DNA from: Octopus vulgaris
Lineage: Eukaryota
Direction: 5' to 3'
DNA: 64,000 nucleotides
NCBI GenBank assembly: GCA_951406725.2
Contig: OX597816.1
Span: 111,352,001-111,416,000 of the forward strand
Both the position numbers and the translations under genes were made by a program. The first letter of the stretch is position 1; every line of letters begins with the position of its first letter. Below the pieces are notes generated by a model. That model did not search any database. It saw only the letters and a program-made list of their open reading frames with translations, and had not been told where the DNA came from. Below, one piece after another: positions 26,001 to 35,213 of the stretch.

Positions 26001-26398
26001 GATAGCATCGTTGACGGGGGTATCAACTTCACTTCGATTTGCCCTCACATCACTTTCCCTGTCAGCACTACAGCATAGAACCAGAGGTAGGACTTGATTA
26101 TCTGTCCATCTTGGATTCGTAAACCCTTCTCTCCCATTTGTTTCCTCATCTTTAGTTCGGATATTAAGTTTCTCCGGCGAATTCTCTCTCTTAGTGAGTA
26201 TTCCTCGCGAAAACCCATATTGGGGGTCCTCCCAGGCATGCGTCTGAGCTCTGTTCAGAAAGACTGAAGCCTCCCGATCGGAGGAGAAGATTACCCTTAT
26301 TGGGCGTGGTCTAGTATCTGAGACTGGGTTCGCTTGGAATCTTCCTAGCCGAGCGACCTTATGGACACTGACATTTTCGTTCACAGAGAACAATTTTC
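23076..26398 (-). mobile_element. CR1-clade LINE, 5'-truncated in ORF1, (TAAC)n tail
   Basis: ORF1 C-terminus (VARLGRF...RPRPIRVIF; ERIRRRNLISELKMRK), APE+RT ORF2, tail gttagttagttag at 23076-23095, candidate TSD CAGTA (23071-23075 / 26399-26403). Confidence 0.93.
23160..25745 (-). CDS. CR1 ORF2: APE endonuclease (C-terminal part) + reverse transcriptase, 861 aa
   Basis: GDFN, SDH, NYRPVSLTS, QHGF, LDFAKAFDSV, GVPQGSVLGPLLF, FADD and a CR1-type C-terminus. In frame with the upstream APE N-terminus (YTNSCSL...ITKTWL) across a single TGA at 25782-25784. Confidence 0.93.
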   Translation of the reverse strand: MYVKSEHKPSSGILPTNAQPTTKFDAVYCKLSLSEFCLPLLAVYRPPLADPQDDAHLLEAIRFVSASHDCLVLGDFNAPTIDWPASICTTSSRFGQALLDVAEDCFLSQHVEYPTRHRSGQQPSMLDLVFSRYPRSVSDVSVCAPLAKSDHAVLKFVMHTTFSTPTTTSLPRRVFSAINLEILTEASALLDWRSLMTLSSVDELWSSLKAYVICLTDQAVPVGLPKKKKHKPWVTKKVKRERRLRDIAWAEFKNLDSTAAFEVYKIQRDRAVKIEKKERFSYEYKIAANASSNPKTFFAHVQRNSRLNNQIATLVDSTGVSIEDPYQQSQLFAEAFSTIFKQDDGREPPPFDRSVPPMLRLVITRDEVKRVIQGLDVNKGHGPDGIHPRVIKALAPVICEPLTRLFNMSLATGVIPADWRTAIICPIFKKGSREDPLNYRPVSLTSIISKMFETILKKSMMLHLLNTASISDSQHGFVPKRSCLTNLLVMEELVTRILDDSDAVDIVLLDFAKAFDSVNHRLLLVKLQAYSFHPDIIRWVGAFLSDRSFQVQVNGSRSDVSSASSGVPQGSVLGPLLFLVFINDLPDDLTQHTLLFADDIKLVAPRGNIEDLRRCLHQIWKWSNDWDLCLNVSKCCHLPVGSTPATQLDFEPGRLLLERTDQVKDLGILVDSSFSPSAQCVHAANKARGILFLIRRSFGMLTAAIFLPLYVTLVRPILEYGIQASSPYLLKDIQHLERVQKLATRMVHGLKNLSYEERLRTLDLYSLEKRRRRGDLILAHNIISGKCNLSKELFFTPAPERRLRGHSEKLYLRRFHLNRRRGAFSVRVADPWNKLPDEMVKMPTTALFKASLDLKWPELFT

Positions 26399-26485
26399 CA
26401 GTACGAACGATAATGGATTTAGTACGAAAAGGAAAAGAAGTACAGAAAGACTATCTCCCTGGAATATTCCCTTTGAAATACATAC

Positions 26486-26518
<33 letters not shown>

Positions 26519-26622
26519 TGTATGTTTAATTTTAGTTCAAATAATTATATATTTACACCAGAGTTAATCTTTTACAAAGTTTCTCTGTTTATTTCTGTTT
26601 TCTGCTTACCCTTCTGCTTCTT

Positions 26623-26708
<86 letters not shown>

Positions 26709-28618
26709 CAGCAGCAGCAGTAAAACCCCGCCGAGGTCTAAACGATACATGGTGACTGCTTGTCTGTTTATTTTAATATTTACAAATGTTCATTTGATAA
26801 GCGGTAGTATCATAGATATTTATATAAGTATAGCACTGCAGAGACATAAAATTAAATTAAAACAACAAGTAATTATTTATCTATTTTTAAAAAAAATTAC
26901 TCATTTTCTCTCGTTAAATAACAGTATTTGTCTCTGTCTTTAACTCTTCTCTCTCTTTCTTCTTTCTTTCCGTCTTATTTCATTCAACTTTAGTTCTTAT
27001 TTTTTTTAAATGAGATACGAAGAACATATGGTGGCTGCCTGTCTGAACATTTTCATATATATATATATATATTGTATCTTAGCTGTTAATATGATAACTG
27101 GCAATATTATAGTATTTTTAAAAAATTTAACTAAAACTCCACAGAAGCGCAGGATTAAATCGTGACAAGATTATTTATGCATCTATTCATATTAGACTGT
27201 CCCGTATAGAAAATGTCTGTTCAATAGTAATATGACGCCTCATCTTCTAAGTTAACAAATATGACCAACCACAATTACTTCAAGACTTCATCTCTCGAAT
27301 CTTCCTTGTCGATATGACATTATATTAAATATATTAGACCTACTATCATTACCTCTATTATTCTATCTTACGATTCCCTTTCTTATCTTGATTATATGCC
27401 ATTATATGAACATATATGACCAGCCACTAGTTCCTCAATTTACTCCCAAAATCGATCTAAATGCAGTTACGAATGTTTTTCTTTATATGGTGTTATGCTG
27501 CTTCCTTCCTTCAATCGTTTGAATATTCGGTAAAGTATAACTTTGAATAGTAATTGAGGATATTTCAGCTTCGTAAATACAAACTGTTACCAATTAACAC
27601 ACAAATATTATCGCAGATATTTACTTATGGGCAACACCGTTGACACATGAAATCAAATTAAAGCATTCGTTATTTATATAAACTAAACTTCCTTTTCTCT
27701 CAAACGAATAAAATGCTTCTTTCTCTATCTCTCTTTCTTTTACCACCCGCCATTATCCAATTACTGTAACTATCCTTACGTCACAAGATGCCATTACATC
27801 AAGTATTCCAACTATTCTGACAGGTATGAACGCCTAAATGCCATTACTCCAATTATTTCAAGAACCCTTATAATGTATGACAGCGATGGGATTTCTATGT
27901 GATTGCATGTACGGTCCTAGCCAAAGTGATTTGAAATGAAGCTTCTTGTAAAAGCCCTGAACATAAAGAACGGTGACTAGGAATAAAATACTGCACAAGG
28001 AATGTATGACTTCCCAGGCACCAGTGAAAGCATTCTATCTTTGAATTTAGACAAAAATTTAAACAAATAGAGAACAGAAAATCAAAGGGAACGTTTCTAT
28101 AAGTCCTCATGGAGATTATTGTGATAGCAAATGACAGTGGTATCGCTATCAAGACGGATAAATTTTAAAGGACATACTAAGCAACACTAATGGGAAACAA
28201 TTAAGTTACTTGGAGTTAGGAAAGCCAAATAACTGGTCCGTTACAGCATCAACTAGGATGCACGTCAGATAGATTTCATGCTCACCAGGTGACAGGATAA
28301 ATAACTGGTTGTGAATAACCAGCAGTTCCTGAGTTAGACTGAAAAACAGAACCAAAGTGGTTGAGCGAGGCTTCACGGAGAATAGATTAATCATATGTTT
28401 AGTTCTTGGCGACTAAGAGACGTGTGATTTAAACATGGGATGTTTCGAAGACATATGACTGAAATTTTGTTTACAATTCAATTCTCATCCTTACGTTGGC
28501 TTTCTAATTTAAACATACTTACATACACACACATACATACATACATACATACATACATACATACATACATACATGCATGCATACAAACTTACATACGCAC
28601 TTATATATATATAGATAA

Positions 28619-28696
<78 letters not shown>

Positions 28697-28720
28697 GGAT
28701 AGATATACATAATCATGTAC

Positions 28721-28772
<52 letters not shown>

Positions 28773-28879
28773 ACATATAAACATACATATATGTGTGTGT
28801 GCGTGTGAGTGTGAAATAAAATGAGACAACAAATCGAAGCCTGCGTAGTATTTCCACGATATTCATAAAGAGAAAGTTA

Positions 28880-28927
28880 GTCTTACAGCTGTTTCTGGGA
28901 TATTAGGGATATCCCTTCATCAGAGAC
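28880..28927 (-). ncRNA. Type I hammerhead ribozyme motif
   Basis: gtct-CTGATGA-a-gggata(tccctaa)tatccc-a-GAAA-cagctg-TA-agac. Confidence 0.8.
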
Positions 28928-29308
28928 GAAGTGAAATAGTTAAATAGAGGAAAATAGTAGGGTTCAATATAAGGAGTATTTTAGAAAAGGGTGGAAATAA
29001 GAGAATAAAAATAAAAATGTATGTTGGATGTTACAGTTGCAGTTCCATTATCCAAGGAAATTAGTGCGTAGAAGTGGTAAAAAATCCTCTTGCTCATGGT
29101 ATGTAAATTCCGATAGGAGTTCATGTTTTGTCATTACAAATTAAAAGTGTGGAGACGTAGAATCCATGTGCTGTTCATTCAAAGGGATCTATATTTTTAT
29201 TTCTACTTTTATTCTCTTATTTCCCTTTATACTTCTTATTTCCACCCTTTTCCAAAATATTCCTTATATTGAACTGTGCTATTTCCCTATATTTAACCAT
29301 CTCATATT

Positions 29309-29365
29309 GTCTTTGATGAAGGGATATCTGGGATATCCGTAATATCCCAGAAACAGCTGTAAGGC
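29309..29365 (+). ncRNA. Type I hammerhead ribozyme motif (U3 variant)
   Basis: gtct-TTGATGA-a-gggata...tatccc-a-GAAA-cagctg-TA-aggc. Confidence 0.7.
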
Positions 29366-29565
29366 AAACTTTCTCTTTATAAATATCCTGAAAATTCTAA
29401 ACAGCCATGGCTTTGTTGTCTCATTTTATTTAACATATACATGTTCATACTAGACCCGCTTCAAACGCCTCACTCATATTATTATCGAACCGAGAGTTTA
29501 ACTACCGTCCTTCCATGGGACTAACATAGCCTTACCTGCCACCTTGTGTCTTCTGGATCCCAATA

Positions 29566-29640
<75 letters not shown>

Positions 29641-29782
29641 GCAATAAAAATGGTAAATAATTTTTCTGTGGTTTTTCATGTAACCAACAATTATTTACCG
29701 GTAAATTTCGGTATGTAAATACGACAAATTTATCGTCAGGAACTTTGTAAGGTTCAGTATATAGTAAAGTAAATAAGATGGC

Positions 29783-30261
29783 TAGCAGCAGGCTGTTTCG
29801 CCTCATACCGAAGGAATTAGAAATGGCAGTCAAAGACTGTTTTTTCCATTTTCTGTAAGTGGAGAATCCAAAAACTCATTCCATTACGATTACCCAGAAG
29901 GCGCGCATGGCAGAATTTTGGAGGGAAAATTTACGTTCCCAGTCGTTACTTAGTTTTAACATCTGCGCACTTCCCCCACTATCTGATGTCGCTGGGTCAG
30001 AAGTGAGGGCCGGTGGCATTTGGTAAAGCTATCGAATATAGCGCCGATGACGGAAATCAAACTACTTTTCTATGTTTGTGATCCAGAAACACGTGTTCGT
30101 TATTAACGGTAAGTGACTGTTTGCGTCTATTTGCTACTCCGGTTTTGTGTATGTGAGCCGCACGAGCCTTCGTTTTTGGATTCTCCACTTACAGAAAATG
30201 GAAAAAACAGTCTTTGACTGCCATTTCTAATTCCTTCGGTATGAGGCGAAACAGCCTGCTG

Positions 30262-30263
<2 letters not shown>
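29783..30263. repeat. Perfect ~93-bp inverted repeat in a (TA)n-flanked element (29640-30263)
   Basis: tagcagcaggctgtttcgcctcataccg...ggagaatccaaaaac (29783-29876) versus its exact reverse complement (30172-30264). Confidence 0.9.
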
Positions 30264-30338
<75 letters not shown>

Positions 30339-30896
30339 GTACATATGTATATGCATGTATTTTTTTTAAATTTTAATTTTTTCACTTCAGTAACTGCTTC
30401 TATCCCCCTTTCACCTTGAGTTATTGTTTTAGTCCTTAACGAAGGACAAAAATCTGAAGCATTTAGACACCTTATAGGCGTTCCAACCCTTCAAATGTTA
30501 AACTAATACGACATTCATCATACATTGTTATTTAAATGTTGTTTATCTCTTGGTGCCATTTCACTTTACTAATTTATCAAGCAATTAAAGAGGATCAGCA
30601 GCATAACAGTATATAAAATCACCCAACAAACATTTCGATAAATGATTTGAAATGAGGAAAGTATCGGTTATCAACACACTATTAGAAAACTCGTCATACG
30701 TTCATTCATACATTCAAATTTTTACACGCAAAGATACCGCTTGGTGTGTTCCCTTCAGTATTATATGTACAAAACACATGACTGCTAGAAACTTTAAGTG
30801 TAAATGAATTAATGAATGTTTCTTATTACGCAACCATCTGTAAAGAGATTGTAAATACTTAATTGGCAAATAATGTACTCGGCTTATTATTGGAAG

Positions 30897-30985
<89 letters not shown>

Positions 30986-30995
30986 CAGCAGTAGC

Positions 30996-31039
<44 letters not shown>

Positions 31040-31052
31040 CAGTAGTAGTAGT
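30897..31052. repeat. (TTA)n-(TAG)n microsatellite
   Basis: Directly visible. Similar arrays at 26627-26720 and 31619-31713. Confidence 0.95.
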
Positions 31053-31242
31053 ATTCATCGGTCGTCTCTGTGAGGAACCTTCCACCTTTTGGGGAATTTT
31101 TATTGTTTCATTTCATTGTTAATTGCTATTGTTATTTATTTTATACGCGATATTGTGCCAAACTCTACTTGTCCCTTCTGTTGTATTGTCCCTGTGTTTT
31201 GTGTTCGATACATGTGGTCAAATAAGAAAACATTATCATTAC

Positions 31243-31620
31243 GCAGGAGTGGCTGTGTGGTAAGTAGCTTGCTAACCAACCACATGGTTCCGGGTTCAGT
31301 CCCACTGCGTGGCATCTTGGGCAAGTGTCTTCTGCTATAGCCCCGGGCCGACCAATGCCTTGTGAGTGGATTTGGTAGACGGAAACTGAAAGAAGCCTGT
31401 CGTATATATGTATATATATATATAAGTGTGTGTGTATATGTTTGTGTGTCTGTGTTTGTCCCCCTAGCATTGCTTGACAACCGATGCTGGTGTGTTTATG
31501 TCCCCGTCACTTAGAATAAGTACTGGGCTTACAAAGAATAAGTCCCGGGGTCGATTTGCTCGACTAAAGGCGGTGCTCTAGCATGGCCGCAGTCAAATGA
31601 CTGAAATAAGTAAAAGAGTA
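31243..31620 (+). mobile_element. tRNA-derived SINE with internal (TA/TG)n, best-preserved copy
   Basis: A-box TGGCTGTGTGG, B-box GGTTCAGTCCC, CORE-like cttgggcaagtgtcttct, tail ...ctagcatggccgcagtcaaatgactgaaataagtaaaagag. At least 5 other copies in the window. Confidence 0.88.
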
Positions 31621-31663
31621 TTATTATTATTATTATTGTTGTTGTTATTATTATTATTATTAT

Positions 31664-31713
<50 letters not shown>

Positions 31714-32284
31714 ATAGAAGTCATTATTGATTATTATGGGATTGTTGGAATTAATTTTAATACGCAGAGATTTTTCGTTACGTTTACTATAATGAGAATA
31801 TTTACGAGTACTTAACTCTCAAGTTATATCTAAGAATTTAATTACACTGAGATTCTTATCTACTGTGACCATTAAGTTTGAATATTTGAATTTGTTGATA
31901 AGGATCTACTGAACAATATTCAGTGTAACTATTCATTCTTCACAAAATGAATAGGCAATCATCATTGTAGAGACTGAAATTTTTATCATTAGTCAGCATT
32001 TCGGCTTCCAAGGTGTTTATACATATGATACTGAAGACATGAAAATGTCCAATTTTTGCATGTGAGTAAATAAGTATATCTATTACTCTGCAGATGACAA
32101 CTGAAAAGATAAATATGCGACACATACTCTAACTGTGTGTGACAATCGATCATATCTATTTCGATGGTTAAATCATATTTTGATACGTTTACGAATAATT
32201 TTGCTTCGCCACTTCAATCGTTTCTAAAATAAGCTAACTCAAACTCATAAGATTCAGGAAGCTACGACTTATACTATATATATA

Positions 32285-32327
<43 letters not shown>

Positions 32328-32410
32328 GGTCCCGGGTTGATTCGGGGTTAACCACAGTAAGTAAGGTACTCAATACATAGCAGAGTAAAATTAATTTATT
32401 ATATAGAAGG

Positions 32411-32461
32411 AGCTTCTACAGGACTAGTACTGTTTCATTCAAGAGAAATCTTCAGGAAGCT
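32411..32461 (-). ncRNA. Type I hammerhead ribozyme motif
   Basis: agcttc-CTGAAGA-t-ttc(tctt)gaa-t-GAAA-cag(tactagtc)ctg-TA-gaagct. 6-bp stem I, 4-bp stem III. Confidence 0.82.
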
Positions 32462-32786
32462 ATTTAACAAGAATTGTATTAGCATTTATACATTTAGGCA
32501 GGTTTAAAGGAGTGGTGGTGGGGGACTTTTTGGGGGTAGGCATAGCGCAAAATATCATACTTGGGGGAGTGGTCAAGGAGTCATTGGTAAGTTAGATGAA
32601 AGAATAGATAAATAAAAAAATGTATATGTTTATATATATATATATATGTGTACATAGGTGTATGTGGGTGTATGTATATATAGGTGTAAATATGTGTATA
32701 TAGGGAACTAGGTGTGTTGTGTGTGCATGAGTGTATGTGCGTATGAATATATATTTTATGTGTATATATGTATATGTGGTCGTGGG

Positions 32787-32817
<31 letters not shown>

Positions 32818-32962
32818 GTGTGTATGCGTGCATGCATGGGAGTGAGTGTATGCATATATACGTGTGTGTATGTGTAGACAGGTATAGGCATGTGCATGTG
32901 TATAAATTTGTATATGTGGGCGGGTGTATGTATGTGAGTATGTAGATATGTATGTATGTGTG

Positions 32963-32995
<33 letters not shown>

Positions 32996-33293
32996 GTATA
33001 TATATGTATGTATATATATGTGTGTGTTTTTATATTTTTTATTTTATTTTATTTATTTTTTTATTTTTATTACTTTTTTTACTTTATATATATTTTTTTA
33101 TTCTTTTATTTTTTATTTTTTATTTTTTTATTTATTTTTTTATTTATCTATTCTTTCATCTAACTTACCAATGACTCCTTGACCACTCCCCCAAGTATGA
33201 TATTTTGCGCTATGCCTACCCCCAAAAAGTCCCCCACCACCACTCCTTTAAACCTGCCTAAATGTATAAATGCTAATACAATTCTTGTTAAAT

Positions 33294-33344
33294 AGCTTCC
33301 TGAAGATTTCTCTTGAATGAAACAGTACTAGTCCTGTAGAAGCT
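33294..33344 (+). ncRNA. Type I hammerhead ribozyme motif (inverted twin of 32411-32461)
   Basis: Same sequence on the + strand. Predicted cleavage after A33338 (GUA). Confidence 0.82.
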
Positions 33345-33553
33345 CCTTCTATATAATAAATATATATATATATATATAGGTGAGAAAGTTGGTTTGTGAA
33401 AGCACGTGGTTGAATATATAGAAAATAGTAAAGTGTGAAAAAACGACAGAAGGCTTAAATGTTAAAAGATATATATATTTGTGTCAAAATGTCTGGAGAA
33501 TATTGGAAAAATTTTTTTCCTTTCCTTAAAATGACATAATTTTTAAATTTTTA

Positions 33554-33593
33554 AAGAAATTACCGGTTTCGCGTGTAGCTTTTCAAATTTCTT
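33554..33593 (-). ncRNA. Minimal hammerhead, U3-A8 core variant
   Basis: aagaaat-TTGAAAA-gc(tacac)gc-GAAA-ccgg-TA-atttctt. 7-bp stem I. Confidence 0.72.
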
Positions 33594-34533
33594 GTGACGT
33601 TATGTTTATATTGCATGGATTTATCGTTGTTTTTATTTCCAGGAGATTTCTAAATAAGGGGAGGTAGTGAGTGATTTTTTCCGGTGTAGGGGAGATAATC
33701 GCTTAAAAATTTTTTTCCCATTTCCTTGTTAATTTCTCTGTGTCAGTATGTTCGGATGGTTGAGTCTGGGTTTGTACTTTTCAATGAAGAATGTTTCCTT
33801 GTTCAGTCTCATTTGTGTTGATGATCCGAAAGCACATTGGTAAAATGAGAAGATTAAAAATTGTGGCAGTAGTTGCTTTGCGCATTTCTCAATGTGCTCA
33901 CTAAAAGGTATCATTCTATATTCTGGGAATGCAATCTGTTGTCGATGCAGTGTGCATCTGCGCCTCGCGTGTAGCTTTTCAAATTTCTTGTGACGTTATG
34001 TTTATATTGCATGGATTTATCGTTGTTTTTATTTCCAGGAGATTTCTAAATAAGGGGAGGTAGTGAGTGATTTTTTCCGGTGTAGGGGAGATAATCGCTT
34101 AAAAATTTTTTTTCCCATTTCCTTGTTAATTTCTCTGTGTCAGTATGTTCGGATGGTTGAGTCTGGGTTTGTACTTTTCAATGAAGAATGTTTCCTTGTT
34201 CAGTCTCATTTGTGTTGATGATCCGAGAGCACATTGAGAAATGCGCAAAGCAACTACTGCCACAATTTTTAATCTTCCCATTTTACCAATGTGCTTTCGG
34301 ATCATCAACACAAATGAGACTGAACAAGGAAACATTCTTCATTGAAAAGTACAAACCCAGACTCAACCATCCGAACATACTGACACAGAGAAATTAACAA
34401 GGAAATGGGAAAAAAATTTTTTAAGCGATTATCTCCCCTACACCGGAAAAAATCACTCACTACCTCCCCTTATTTAGAAATCTCCTGGAAATAAAAACAA
34501 CGATAAATCCATGCAATATAAACATAACGTCAC

Positions 34534-34573
34534 AAGAAATTTGAAAAGCTACACGCGAAACCGGTAATTTCTT
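34534..34573 (+). ncRNA. Minimal hammerhead, U3-A8 core variant (inverted twin)
   Basis: Same motif on +, about 140 nt downstream of the GIY-YIG stop codon (34397). Confidence 0.72.
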
Positions 34574-34706
34574 TAAAAATTTAAAAATTATGTCATTTTA
34601 AGGAAAGGAAAAAAAATTTTTCCAATATTCTCCAGACATTTTGACACAAATATATATATCTTTTAACATTTAAGCCTTCTGTCGTTTTTTCACACTTTAC
34701 TATTTT

Positions 34707-34740
<34 letters not shown>

Positions 34741-35142
34741 GTGTGCGTATGTGTTTATAGATGCGTTTATACAAGAAAATGCACATGCTTGCAACCTGCT
34801 GAAAATATTATCTGACTTTTGTAACACCGTCTAAAAGAAAGATTTATCAAATGCTTTACAGCATCAATTATTTGCCAGCCTTTGGCAGACATTTATTGGT
34901 TATTGTAAACTCGTCGTTGTCATAGCTGTCGCGATTTCCATAACCTTCTTCTTGCACAAAAACTTTAATCATCAGCGAAATATCGCATATTCACTACTGA
35001 ATGTTGTTTTTTTTTTATCGCGGATCTAATACATTATTTTTGAGAATACTGTAAATTAGTAACGTTTAGCACAGTTACGTAGTTTACAATATATACAGTG
35101 TTCAAATCCAACTTTTCCTTTCTCATCTATATTATCAAATAC

Positions 35143-35213
<71 letters not shown>

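Larger units (their letters stand above)
28812..29432. mobile_element. Diverged inverted pair of Penelope-like terminal repeats (arms ~28812-29017 / ~29195-29432)
   Basis: Arms are reverse-complementary with many substitutions, and each carries a hammerhead. Confidence 0.7.
32326..33361. mobile_element. Non-coding fold-back element: 228-bp inverted arms (32394-32621 / 33134-33361), (TA)n-flanked
   Basis: Arms are exact reverse complements by eye. Low-complexity spacer. Hammerhead in each arm. Confidence 0.88.
33379..34708. mobile_element. Penelope-like element 3' ends: GIY-YIG C-terminus + pLTR, as partial tandem plus inverted copy
   Basis: RRRCTLHRQQIAFPEYRMIPFSEHIEKC...FYQC...RLNKETFFIEKYKPRLN* on minus (33965-33729). 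Second minus copy 33966-34236. Plus copy 34227-34708 is the reverse complement of 33420-33899. (TA)n flanks. Confidence 0.88.

Noticed and set aside
26600-26830. Minus-strand TATA + ACCATG + MYRLDLGGVLLLLL signal-peptide-like ORF
   Set aside because: The hydrophobic run is a (CTA)n/(ATA)n microsatellite, the frame stops right after, and the paralogous copy lacks it.
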